A stretch of DNA of 32,000 nucleotides from Candidatus Thorarchaeota archaeon (GTDB taxonomy: Archaea; Asgardarchaeota; Heimdallarchaeia; Hodarchaeales; Hodarchaeaceae), in contig JBHLRO010000021.1 of the NCBI GenBank assembly GCA_048882505.1, positions 30,001 through 62,000 of the forward strand. Reading direction: 5' to 3'. The notes beneath the pieces were generated by a model that saw only the letters and a program-made list of their open reading frames with translations, did no database searches and had not been told where the DNA came from. The stretch's first letter is position 1. Each line of letters opens with the position of its first letter. Below are positions 1 through 9,310 of this stretch, piece by piece. Position numbers and translations under genes: made by a program.

Positions 1-100
1 TCACCTACACATAATCAATGGTTGGTTTAAAGGAAAAGTTGAACATTATGAATTCGGAACGTAATTTAGATTAATGACCATGAGGTGTCACAAAACGCAG

Positions 101-116
101 ATTATATATAAAAAAT
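101..116 (+). promoter_or_regulatory. TATA-box candidate for the nitrilase-nadE pair
   Basis: TTATATATAAAAAAT about 35-45 nt upstream of ATG 150. Confidence 0.45.
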
Positions 117-149
117 GGGCTTAATTCCCTAATGGATGATGGATAGAAG

Positions 150-980
150 ATGGAGATTCAAGTAGCTGCAGCACAGGTAAGGTCTGTCCAGGCCGATCCT
201 GAGGCGAATTTTGAAATAATGGAAGAAGCGTGTAAAAGGCCAGAGATATCTTCATATGATCACGCCCTTTTGGTTTTCCCAGAAATGTGTGTTACAGGCT
301 ATCTAATGCATGATGACATTTTTACACTGGCGGAACCAGTACCAAAAGGAGGGTATTGCGAAAGGTTGGCAGAACTTGCCAAGGAGTATGATTGCCATAT
401 TATAGCAGGAATGCCCGAAGGACCACTGCCTGGAGTAATTTATAACACGGCGGTATGTTTTGGCCCGAAAGGATATTTGGGGAAGAGCCGTAAGATATTA
501 TTGCCAAATCATTCTGTTTTCAATGAAAAACGATATTATAGAGAAGCAACTGAAATTGGAGTCATAGATACTCCTTTGGGGAGGATTGGTATGCAGATTT
601 GTTATGACATTTTCAGTCCTGAAATAACCCGAGCTCATGCTTTCCTCGGTGCTCATACAAGTATTTGTATTTCAGCATCTCCTGGAGTTCGTAGAAAATA
701 TTTTGAAACATTCCTCCCTGCAAGAGCAATGGAAAACACTATCAATTTGGTGTATGTTAACCAGTCAGGAGTTCAAGACGATTTGATATTTTGGGGGGGC
801 TCGGAAATTCGGACGGCCACAGGACAGCGAATCCTCAAATTGAAGTATGACGAACCCGATTTTGGGATCGCACGATTGGATACCGAAGCTGCACGGGTGG
901 CACGACCGTTTGTACCCACTTTGAGAAATGTCCCACCTTGGATTTATGAAAGCTTGGAAAAAGGAAGCCGTCAATTATGA
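150..980 (+). CDS. Carbon-nitrogen hydrolase (nitrilase superfamily); candidate glutaminase subunit for the adjacent NadE
   Basis: Glu-Lys-Cys triad motifs FPEMCVTGY, SRKILLP and ICYDIF; N-terminal VAAAQ strand; FWGGS motif. Stop overlaps the nadE start (ATGA, 977-980). Confidence 0.9.
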   Translation: MEIQVAAAQVRSVQADPEANFEIMEEACKRPEISSYDHALLVFPEMCVTGYLMHDDIFTLAEPVPKGGYCERLAELAKEYDCHIIAGMPEGPLPGVIYNTAVCFGPKGYLGKSRKILLPNHSVFNEKRYYREATEIGVIDTPLGRIGMQICYDIFSPEITRAHAFLGAHTSICISASPGVRRKYFETFLPARAMENTINLVYVNQSGVQDDLIFWGGSEIRTATGQRILKLKYDEPDFGIARLDTEAARVARPFVPTLRNVPPWIYESLEKGSRQL

Positions 981-1825
981 AACTTCCCTCCATCGATATT
1001 CCTAGGACGATTCGGCTAATTCAAAACTTTATACAGGTTCGAGTCAAAGAAGCGGAGGCTGAAGGAGTTATAATCGGTTTGAGTGGGGGTATTGATTCCG
1101 CAGTTGTTACAACACTTGCCGTTAATGCGTTAGGATCCGAAAATGTACATGTTCTGTTCTTGCCAAGCGTGAGCACTCCCAAATCCGATGTTGAGGACGT
1201 AAACCAAATTTGTGCTGGATTGGGATTGATCCCCACGATTGTAGATATTCAAAAAATAATTGAGACATATTCTTCCATAATTCGAGAAACCGAACAGCCT
1301 TCACGTTTGGAATGGATGAATTTCAAGCCTCGTGTACGGCAAAGTATTGGGTATTTTTATGCAAACCGATTGAATTGCTTGGTTTGTGGGACGGGTAATA
1401 AGAGTGAGCTGATGATTGGATACTTCACGAAATACGGCGATGGTGCTGCTGATATATTGCCGATCGGAGACGTATACAAAACCCAGGTATATCAACTGGG
1501 TGACGCTCTGGAAATTCCCCAAAATATACTGAAAAAGGTTCCATCAGCGGGATTAATTGAAGGACAGACTGATGAAGAAGAAATTGGGATATCTTACAGA
1601 AATTTAGACTTGATCCTTTCAGGACTTGAACGATTTCAAACTCCTAGAGAGGTATCTGCGAATCTCGGATTTGACATTGACGAAGTCAAGAAAGTTGAAC
1701 GCATGTTATACAGCAGTGAGCACAAACGACGAGGCCCCATCGTCTTCAAGATCGGGGTTAGAACACCCCACCACGATTGGCGAATCCCCCTGGTTCCCCC
1801 GAATCGCCTTGAAACAATCAAATGA
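977..1825 (+). CDS. nadE: NAD+ synthetase (single-domain NadE)
   Basis: PP-loop IGLSGGIDSAV, GTGNKSELMIGYFTKYGDG, PIGDVYKTQV and PSAGL..GQTDEEEIG motifs; 282 aa with no fused glutaminase domain. Confidence 0.96.
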   Translation: MKLPSIDIPRTIRLIQNFIQVRVKEAEAEGVIIGLSGGIDSAVVTTLAVNALGSENVHVLFLPSVSTPKSDVEDVNQICAGLGLIPTIVDIQKIIETYSSIIRETEQPSRLEWMNFKPRVRQSIGYFYANRLNCLVCGTGNKSELMIGYFTKYGDGAADILPIGDVYKTQVYQLGDALEIPQNILKKVPSAGLIEGQTDEEEIGISYRNLDLILSGLERFQTPREVSANLGFDIDEVKKVERMLYSSEHKRRGPIVFKIGVRTPHHDWRIPLVPPNRLETIK

Positions 1826-2285
1826 ATTACGGCTGGAAAGAAATTCCTCTTTCAATCTGGCTTCAGACGATTCAGTTACGGAAACCTATTTTCATCACAT
1901 TCTCTCCGAGCTGAATTGAGCGGAAAAGGCTCCTCCTGAACCTCTTTTTAGGTATATGATCGTGATTTATGAATCAAGGTCGGCCCCATTCAGCGCCATC
2001 AATATTTCTTTTCTAATGGTTCAGAACTGCTTTTTGTTTGTCAGGCCAATCAGAATCCTTCCTATTATACGCTATGCTATGCACACCTTCCTATCGCTGT
2101 CGAAACCTATTCTTACATCTCGGATTACTCTTTCGAAATGGAAATTTGTCCCCAATTCATCTTTTGTCCTGATATCTCGTATCCTCCTCATATTCACACC
2201 GTAGTCGGGTAATCAACACCCTTCAATATGGGAAGAAATAGGTAGCGGTGAACACTATTTGAAAACGTGAACGCGGATCTCGCAT

Positions 2286-4082
2286 TTATTCATTATTGAA
2301 GTCCTGGTCTTCAACCGTGGCCCTAATTCGCATAAGCCCGGTACCAATGTTCTTCTGTTTTTGGATCCTAAAATGGCCAATTTCCCGTGTATTCAAAACA
2401 TGAGGGCCTGTACAGATTTCTTTAGAAAAATCCCCAACAGAATAGACGGACACATCGCCTTCGTAACGTTCCTCGAAGAACCCAAGAGCGCCTGCTTTTT
2501 TTGCTTCACGAGGAGACATGGTTTCTCTACTGACTGGAAGTTCTTCTTGGATTTTTTTATTAACCAAATCTTCGACCTTCTTTATTTCCTCGGGTGTCAG
2601 TTTTTTGGCATGAGTGAAATCAAATCTGGTCCTTTCGGGAGTTATGTTACTACCGCTTTGTTTAACATGAGTACCTAACACAGTCCGAAGTGATTGTTGA
2701 AGGAGATGAGTCGCCGTGTGTAGACGCGTGGTTCGTTCCGAATGATCAGAAAGCCCGCTTTGGAAGGTTCCAGCAGTTGCTTTTCTCGACAAGGTTCGAT
2801 GCTGCTCAAATTCCTGGCGAAATGCATCAATCTCAATCTCAATCTCTTTCTCTTCGGCCAATTCCATTGTGATCTCAAGCGGGAAACCGTAAGAAGTAAA
2901 CAAAAGAAAAGCATCCTTACCCGTGATTGAATCCTTCTCTTCAAAGATTTGATTAAACTTTCTTAATCCACGACGTAATGCCTTGGTAAATTTTTGTTCT
3001 TCCTGTTGCAATTGCTTTATAATGAAACTTTCATTACGTTTCAATTCAGGATATGGTTCTTTATAGCTATCGATTACAATACGAGCTAATTCGGGAAGAA
3101 CTTGTTCTTTAATCTGTAAAAGATTGCCCTGACGGATTATTCTTCGAATAAACCGTCGTAAAACGTAGCCCTGCCCTAAATTTGACGGCACCAAGTGTTT
3201 GTCATCTCCAAGAATGAAAGTAGATGCTCGGATATGATCTGCCATGATGTACAGCGCACGGGTTTCTTCCAAAGTTGGATTCTCCCCTATCTTTGCATAT
3301 TCCTTGATTCGTGTAACTATTGGAGCGATAGTCTCAATTTCATGAATGGACTGCTTTCCATTGAGAACAGCTACTGTACGTTCAATTCCCATTCCTGTAT
3401 CCACGTTATGCTGCTCTAATTTCTCATAGATACCTTCCGAAGTCTTATTGTACGTCATAAAGACATCGTTCCAGATTTCAAAGTATTTCCCACAATTGCA
3501 ACCTGGTTGGCAGGTCTCAGAGCAGGGAACCTTACCTGTATCATAAAACATTTCAGTGTCGGGACCACATGGTCCCGTAGTCCCTGCCGGGCCCCACCAG
3601 TTGTCCTCACGTGGAAGGAAATAGATACGTTCTTTGGGAATCCCGATTTTAAGCCAGATCTCCGCGGATTCATCATCTCGAGGCGCCTCTTCATCCCCCG
3701 CAAAAACCGTAACTGAAATCCTATCTGGATCCAGTCCAAGCCATTTGGAATCCGTTAAAAACTCCCAGCTCATCGTTATGGCTTCTTCCTTGAAATAATC
3801 GCCAAGAGACCAATTACCCAGCATTTCAAAAAAGGTTAGATGAGTAGAATCACCTACTTCATCAATATCCCCAGTTCGGATACATTTTTGGCTATTCACC
3901 AACCTAGATCCAGCTGGGTGTTTTTCCAGTCCCATTAAATAGATCTGCAAAGGATGCATACCTGCAGTAGTGAACAGAACGGTTGGATCATTTTCGGGAA
4001 GTAGTGAAGCAGAGGGTATAACGGCATGCTCCTTCAGTCGGAAGAAGTCAAGGTACTTTTTCCGTAGCTCATTAGAATCCAT
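2286..4082 (-). CDS. alaS: Alanine--tRNA ligase, short form (aminoacylation + editing domains, no C-Ala domain)
   Basis: DPTVLFTTAGMHP, QKCIRTGDI, HLTFFEMLGNWS, VDTGMGIER and ADHIR motifs. Editing Zn motifs HTATHLL and CTGPH are present. The ORF ends right after the editing domain at 598 aa. Confidence 0.96.
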   Translation of the reverse strand: MDSNELRKKYLDFFRLKEHAVIPSASLLPENDPTVLFTTAGMHPLQIYLMGLEKHPAGSRLVNSQKCIRTGDIDEVGDSTHLTFFEMLGNWSLGDYFKEEAITMSWEFLTDSKWLGLDPDRISVTVFAGDEEAPRDDESAEIWLKIGIPKERIYFLPREDNWWGPAGTTGPCGPDTEMFYDTGKVPCSETCQPGCNCGKYFEIWNDVFMTYNKTSEGIYEKLEQHNVDTGMGIERTVAVLNGKQSIHEIETIAPIVTRIKEYAKIGENPTLEETRALYIMADHIRASTFILGDDKHLVPSNLGQGYVLRRFIRRIIRQGNLLQIKEQVLPELARIVIDSYKEPYPELKRNESFIIKQLQQEEQKFTKALRRGLRKFNQIFEEKDSITGKDAFLLFTSYGFPLEITMELAEEKEIEIEIDAFRQEFEQHRTLSRKATAGTFQSGLSDHSERTTRLHTATHLLQQSLRTVLGTHVKQSGSNITPERTRFDFTHAKKLTPEEIKKVEDLVNKKIQEELPVSRETMSPREAKKAGALGFFEERYEGDVSVYSVGDFSKEICTGPHVLNTREIGHFRIQKQKNIGTGLMRIRATVEDQDFNNE

Positions 4083-4566
4083 CTAAAATCTGGCCTCGAA
4101 TTATTTTCTTTCGTATACAGGGAGAAAACGCGCTTTGGTAGGGGTTTTGCATTCCAGTTATCTAGTCTATGTTGATTTACTGAACAATTGGAGCATAATC
4201 AAGTACGATTCATATCTGGTTCCCGTAGAACATCTTAAGTTATATCCATAATGGTCTGAAACAGATAGTTTAAAGATAACTTTTGAAATAGAACGGTTTT
4301 CTGAGTACGAGGCAATCATTTCACTTAAAGATCGGGCACGATCCAAATACCCAGCCACGATCTCGTTCCAATGCATGAAAGAAACCAGGCAAGGCTTGAA
4401 ACCAAGGCTTGGTTGTTCATCCATCATCAATATTGCGAAAATACACAATGTCCACGCGATTTCGAACAAACCCGATACGAAAGACATCCAAATTGTCCGA
4501 AAGTTAAAAAAACAATGGGAATGAATCTGTCTCTCTTGAGACAAAATTGTTCCTTATGTCAAAATG

Positions 4567-5337
4567 CTAGCTCGAGAGGGAGAAGGTCACAAGATCCGTA
4601 ATAGTGTCCGTTACCCTGTGATAATGATCTGGTTGTCCGTTGTATTCGGTCACAGATGGCATCAGGATTTCTAAGAACGGATTAGCTTGCGGGGGAGGCG
4701 GATTGGGAACACTTACTTCCTTCAAAGTTACAGGCACCACGTATCCTTGGAGGCTATGGAGATTGATGCGAGTTAATTTCGGACAGCTGAATAGGGGACT
4801 AATGTCTAGCTCTACGAGTTGATTGGCAGCCAACGAGAAGCTCTGGAGCGAAGGATGGTGGGAGAAAGGGGTCAGGTCTACAGTTTGCACCCGATTATAA
4901 TCAAATGCGAACTCCACCAGGGCAGGCCACGATTGAACGATCGAAAAATCGAACGTGTCGATTCTGCTATTAGAAAGATTGAATCCCTTGATGTGTTTAC
5001 ACTCCCGTAAGACCGACACATCAAATTCAGTCAAGGGGTTGTCCCCTAAAATCTCGAAATACTCAAGGTCTCTACAACTACCCAATGCCTCAAGTTCCGA
5101 TAACTGGGTAACCCCTGAGTACATGAGCGATATGTTACGCACCTTATTATAAGGAGGGTGTTTGAGGCCCTTGAGTGAAATCAGTGGATAGGGAGTGTCC
5201 CCCCATACAAACTGACTTTCATCTGAAGGATCATATTGGCCAACCTGAAGTGTCAACCACGATCCATCGTCGGACAAACGAGCAATCTTGGTTAAATCAA
5301 CAGAAGTCTGCATGAGATCCAACCTAATCCATCCCAC
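4567..5337 (-). CDS. Leucine-rich repeat protein (likely true start ATG 5313)
   Basis: About five LxxLxLxxNxL repeats, e.g. LQSFSLAANQLVELDISPLFSCPKLTRINL. A TTTAAATA box at ~5343-5350 is too close to ATG 5337 but ~30 nt from ATG 5313. Confidence 0.85.
   Translation of the reverse strand: MGWIRLDLMQTSVDLTKIARLSDDGSWLTLQVGQYDPSDESQFVWGDTPYPLISLKGLKHPPYNKVRNISLMYSGVTQLSELEALGSCRDLEYFEILGDNPLTEFDVSVLRECKHIKGFNLSNSRIDTFDFSIVQSWPALVEFAFDYNRVQTVDLTPFSHHPSLQSFSLAANQLVELDISPLFSCPKLTRINLHSLQGYVVPVTLKEVSVPNPPPPQANPFLEILMPSVTEYNGQPDHYHRVTDTITDLVTFSLSS
4759..5139 (-). repeat. Protein-level LRR array, ~22-24 aa units (boundaries approximate)
   Basis: Units LEYFEILGDNPLTEFDVSVLRECKH / IKGFNLSNSRIDTFDFSIVQSWPA / LVEFAFDYNRVQTVDLTPFSHHPS / LQSFSLAANQLVELDISPLFSCPK. 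Confidence 0.8.
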
Positions 5338-5506
5338 ATCCTTATTTAAATGTTCCTATAGGTCTCAACAGCTCAGATCTATTGTTCTGTTTCTAGTTTC
5401 TACACGGATTAAATAAGTAAATTGAAATTAGCTGTCCAATCCTCTTTGATTTTATTATCCTGAATCTCCTCAGAGGTGTTTGTCCAAATTAGACCGCCAT
5501 GAAAAA

Positions 5507-5695
5507 TTAAATAGAAGACGCAGACCATTGGCGACATTTCTTTGAAGAAGATTCTAGAAGTCTTATAACTCGACCGGCAGCTGCACTAGCCTGTGTAACA
5601 CTTTCTCTGATGTCTTTAGCAGCTTCGCCGACAAAACAACCGGATCAAATTCTTCCGAAACCAACCTTCCCTGCATCACTGCCTATCAGTGTCAT
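5507..5695 (-). pseudogene. HdrA-like (heterodisulfide reductase A / FAD oxidoreductase C-terminal) gene fragment with an in-frame TGA
   Basis: Manual translation from ATG 5695: MTLIGSDAGKVGFGRI*(TGA 5647-5645)SGCFVGEAAKDIRESVTQASAAAGRVIRLLESSSKKCRQWSASSI*(TAA 5509-5507). KDIRESVTQASAAAGRV matches the HdrA motif GIFxAGxxxGPKDIxxSVxQASAAAxxA. Absent from the ORF track. Confidence 0.7.
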
Positions 5696-8600
5696 TAATG
5701 GACAATATTGATCTGTACTTCCCGAGTATTTCCCGTAGGATCCAGGATTGTCCATTCCTTGACAAGTCCTTCTTTTGAAATTGAAAACTCAACATGAGAA
5801 GCGAGAACTTCCGTTTTAATAAGTGTGGAGTAACTTTCGATTACTTTCGCTGTTTGTTGGTCAACCTTCAGTTTCAGGGCGATTTCCGCATCATAGGGGA
5901 GCTGCAGATCTTTTCTCATCGATTGCACCCGCCTTATGAGATCACGAACAAATCCCTCATTAATCAATTCCTCTGTAAGTTCTAAATTTAGGAAAAGGTC
6001 ACCACCTTCGAAAGAGGCTCCAGTATATCCTTCTTTTTCGGTGATCCGAATCTCTAAATCCTCCTGATCTATTGTAACCTCTTCCCCATTGATTTTCGCT
6101 TTATAGAACCCTTTTTCATTAAGTATATCTGCAATATCTTTGGAATTCTGTCCTTTTTGATTCCTCATCCACTTAGCAATGTTATTAGCTTTTCCTTTGT
6201 GTTTTGGACCTATTTTATCAAAATTTGGAGAAAACACAATCTCCTGAAAAGCCAAAGGATCATCAGTAAAGATCATTTCCTTGACATTTAGCTCTTGGAC
6301 AACCAGGTCCTTTAAACGCGTAAGAGCGGACTTACCTATGTCATTAGCAACAAATACAACCTGTCCAAGAGGCCAGCGAACCTTGATATTCTTCTGAGCC
6401 CGAATAGCCCTTCCAGTGCTAATTGCATTTCGAACAATGTCCACCTGGGCCTCCAGATCCTCCTTGAGCAATCGCTCATCAACTTGAGGATATTCTTCAA
6501 GGTGGACGCTTTCAAATCCAAGATCCTGGCTCTGTGCCAATATTCGATACATTTCCTCTGCAAAAAAGGGAAGAAAAGGCGCCAGCGAACGTGAAAGTGA
6601 AGTAAGGATCTCGTACATCGTGGAATACGCAGATCTCTTTGACAATGATAGTTCCTTCTCCCAGAAACGTCGTCTCGATTGCCGTACCCATAAATTTGAC
6701 AAATCCTGGTTGAGGAAGTTTTGTAAACTACGAACTGCTAGATGGACAGAAAGATCATCAAATGCCTGGTGTACATCCTGTAAGGTGTGATGAAATCTTG
6801 ATAGGATCCAGCGATCCATAAGTGGACGTTCATTCACTTGGACCAAATAATCCTTATCAGTTGGAGTATATGTGTCTAGATTCGCGTACGTAACGAAGAA
6901 CGATAAAACATTCCAAAGAGGGAGGAGAAACTCTTTCATACTCTCTTCAACAAGATTAAAACTAAACCGGACGTCATTCCAAGTGGGAGTACTGAATAGC
7001 AACCAACGAGCTGGATCGGCTCCGTATCTCTCATACAACACATCAGGCGAATCTACGTTGCCACGAGACTTGGACATTTTCTTTCCTTCCTCCGTTTGGA
7101 TGTGGCCCATCGTTAAACAGGTTTTATATGCAGGTTGTTCGAAAATTACCGTCGATATAGCGAGAAGCGAGTAAAACCAACCACGAGTCTGATCTATTGC
7201 CTCAGTTATGAAATCAATTGGAAAATGTTTATTGAAAGCCTCTTGGTTTTCGAAGGGGTAATGCCATTGTGCAAAGGAGGCGGAACCTGAATCATACCAG
7301 GCATCAATGACATATTCCTCTCTGGAACACGAAGAGCTGCATTTTGGACATTGGACCTCAATTAGATCTACATCAGGTTTGTGGAGGGAAAATCCCGTCG
7401 GTAATCCCCCTTTGGTCAACTTCTCCAATTCCTTGCGGCTCCCGATGGCAAACTCGTGTCCTTCGTCACATGTCCAAATAGGTAGTGGTGTTCCCCAATA
7501 CCTTGTTCGGGAAAGGGACCAGTCCTTTAATTCGTCAAGAAAGTTCCCAAAGCGCCCATCTTTCAGATGATTAGGTTTCCATCTAACTTGTTGGTTTAGC
7601 TTTTGTATTTCCTTCCTTAACCTGCTCATTCCAATGAACCATGATTCCAGGGCATAATAGAGTAAGGGTGAATCGCATCTCCAACAGAAGGGATATGTGT
7701 GTGTAATTTTCTCTTCGCGGAGGAGTTTTCCTTCGGACCTTAGTTGTTCTGTGATCAATGGATCGGCTTCCTTTACATGCATTCCGCCGAAATCAGGCAT
7801 ATCCTTTACGAAGGTTCCATTTTCCAAAACAGGATGGAACATTTCGACTCCAATCTCTTTACAGAGTTCGTAATCTTCTTGTCCATAAGCAGGAGCACAA
7901 TGAACTACCCCAGTTCCTTCCTCCATTGATACAAAATCAGCCGCTACAACAAAATGAGTTTTTCCTGTCTTGTTATCTGCTGTGTATCGAAATAATGCCT
8001 CATACTCCATTCCTAGGAGGTCTTTCCCTATATATTCCTTAATAATTTCCATTTTACTATCAGGAAAGACCCTAGACAGGAGTGCTTTCGCAAAAATTAA
8101 TCGTTCTCCTTCATGATTTATTTCAATATACGTTTCATCCACAGCAATTGCCAGAACCAGATTGGATAATAAAGTCCAAGGCGTTGTCGTCCAGGCAAGA
8201 AAATAACGATCTTTCTCGCTTCTGATCTTGAACTTGAGATATATACTGGGATCTTCCGTTTCCTGGTATCCTTGAGCCACCTCGTGAGATGATAGGGATG
8301 TCCCACAGCGTGTGCAATATGGAAGAACTTTATAGCCTTTGAACAGTAATCCTTTATCATAAATGGTTTTTAATGACCACCAGACCGACTCAACGTATTC
8401 TTCACTCATAGTAATATAGCTGGAGGGCATATCCAAATGGAAACCGCCCCGAGTAGACATGTTTTCCCATTCCTTGACATATCGAAGAACGCTTTCCCTG
8501 CACTTCTGAATAAACTTCTCAGCCCCGTATGCCTCTATGTCTTCTTTGCTTTCCAAACCCAGTTCCTTTTCAACCTCTATTTCGACAGGGAGTCCATGAC

Positions 8601-8865
8601 AGTCCCAACCACCAATCCGGGGAGTAACAAAGTGGCCTGTCATTGTCTTGTATCTTAAATAGACGTCTTTTATAACGCGGGTAAGTAGGTGGCCTACATG
8701 GGGAAGCCCGTTGGCCGTGGGAGGCCCTTCCAAAAATATAAACGGGGGGTATTTTGCAGATGAATCTTGGACCTTTTTTTCTATGTCATTCTGTTTCCAA
8801 TATTCAAAAACCACAGTTTCAATGGTAGGAAAGTCAGGTTTTTGTTGTAACTCTGGAAATTTCAC
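5695..8865 (-). CDS. ileS: Isoleucine--tRNA ligase (type 2, archaeal/eukaryote-like); GTG start
   Basis: EGPPTANGLPHVGH (HIGH), GWDCHGLPVE, AWTTTPWTL, GTGVVHCAP, EAIDQTRGWFYSL and KMSKS motifs; long C-terminus without the type-1 Zn finger. Confidence 0.98.
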   Translation of the reverse strand: MKFPELQQKPDFPTIETVVFEYWKQNDIEKKVQDSSAKYPPFIFLEGPPTANGLPHVGHLLTRVIKDVYLRYKTMTGHFVTPRIGGWDCHGLPVEIEVEKELGLESKEDIEAYGAEKFIQKCRESVLRYVKEWENMSTRGGFHLDMPSSYITMSEEYVESVWWSLKTIYDKGLLFKGYKVLPYCTRCGTSLSSHEVAQGYQETEDPSIYLKFKIRSEKDRYFLAWTTTPWTLLSNLVLAIAVDETYIEINHEGERLIFAKALLSRVFPDSKMEIIKEYIGKDLLGMEYEALFRYTADNKTGKTHFVVAADFVSMEEGTGVVHCAPAYGQEDYELCKEIGVEMFHPVLENGTFVKDMPDFGGMHVKEADPLITEQLRSEGKLLREEKITHTYPFCWRCDSPLLYYALESWFIGMSRLRKEIQKLNQQVRWKPNHLKDGRFGNFLDELKDWSLSRTRYWGTPLPIWTCDEGHEFAIGSRKELEKLTKGGLPTGFSLHKPDVDLIEVQCPKCSSSCSREEYVIDAWYDSGSASFAQWHYPFENQEAFNKHFPIDFITEAIDQTRGWFYSLLAISTVIFEQPAYKTCLTMGHIQTEEGKKMSKSRGNVDSPDVLYERYGADPARWLLFSTPTWNDVRFSFNLVEESMKEFLLPLWNVLSFFVTYANLDTYTPTDKDYLVQVNERPLMDRWILSRFHHTLQDVHQAFDDLSVHLAVRSLQNFLNQDLSNLWVRQSRRRFWEKELSLSKRSAYSTMYEILTSLSRSLAPFLPFFAEEMYRILAQSQDLGFESVHLEEYPQVDERLLKEDLEAQVDIVRNAISTGRAIRAQKNIKVRWPLGQVVFVANDIGKSALTRLKDLVVQELNVKEMIFTDDPLAFQEIVFSPNFDKIGPKHKGKANNIAKWMRNQKGQNSKDIADILNEKGFYKAKINGEEVTIDQEDLEIRITEKEGYTGASFEGGDLFLNLELTEELINEGFVRDLIRRVQSMRKDLQLPYDAEIALKLKVDQQTAKVIESYSTLIKTEVLASHVEFSISKEGLVKEWTILDPTGNTREVQINIVH

Positions 8866-9310
8866 ACGATTTGCCTCTATATCAGTAGATCTGGAGGATG
8901 TCCAAGTATCTGGCCAAAAAAAATAGCATTTTTAACCCTTTTCAACAGAGAGGGAGAGAAATTAACCTAACATGTGGATTTAGTCAGAGGTATCCGACCG
9001 CGGTGAATCCCTCAGGCGAAATGATTTCCTTAATCTAGAAAAACCTTGAAAGCATAATAACTAGACTAAAACCAGTCAATAAACCTTTTATCCATCACTT
9101 TGGAAATAAAACTTCCAAAATTTCTTTCTTTTTGCTATTACTATTACATACTTTTCCCCATAAATAATATTAGCAATTTAGAGACATAAGAGGTAATATT
9201 TCTCGTATATAACAGTTTAGTCACGACCCCTGGGTTTGCATCTTTATATTACAAATCTTTTTCAATGTGTCCAAAATACAACTTTCAATATAGTAGTCCA
9301 CCTCTTGGGA

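Noticed and set aside
1956-2204. 82-aa + strand ORF and its in-register antisense frame (2191 to 1967, MRRIRDIRTKDELGTNFHFERVIRDVRIGFD..., two internal stops)
   Set aside because: The + ORF reads like an antisense shadow. The minus frame may be a decayed gene, but I cannot recognise a family, so no call is supportable.
2829-2846. TCTCAA tandem repeat
   Set aside because: It only encodes EIEIEI within AlaRS.
4167-4601. 125-aa minus-strand ORF and 76-aa plus-strand ORF between alaS and the LRR gene
   Set aside because: No motifs, no clear RBS, and all frames are equally unconvincing. A short AAGCCTTG direct repeat near 4385-4410 is too small to be meaningful.
5645-5647. TGA as evidence for an alternative genetic code
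   Set aside because: The nitrilase, nadE, IMPase and ABC ATPase genes all end at TGA at family-appropriate lengths, so UGA is a normal stop here.
9236-9310. N-terminal extension of the roadblock ORF in the ORF track
   Set aside because: It starts at a TTG in AT-rich promoter-like DNA; ATG 9311 gives a domain-sized protein.
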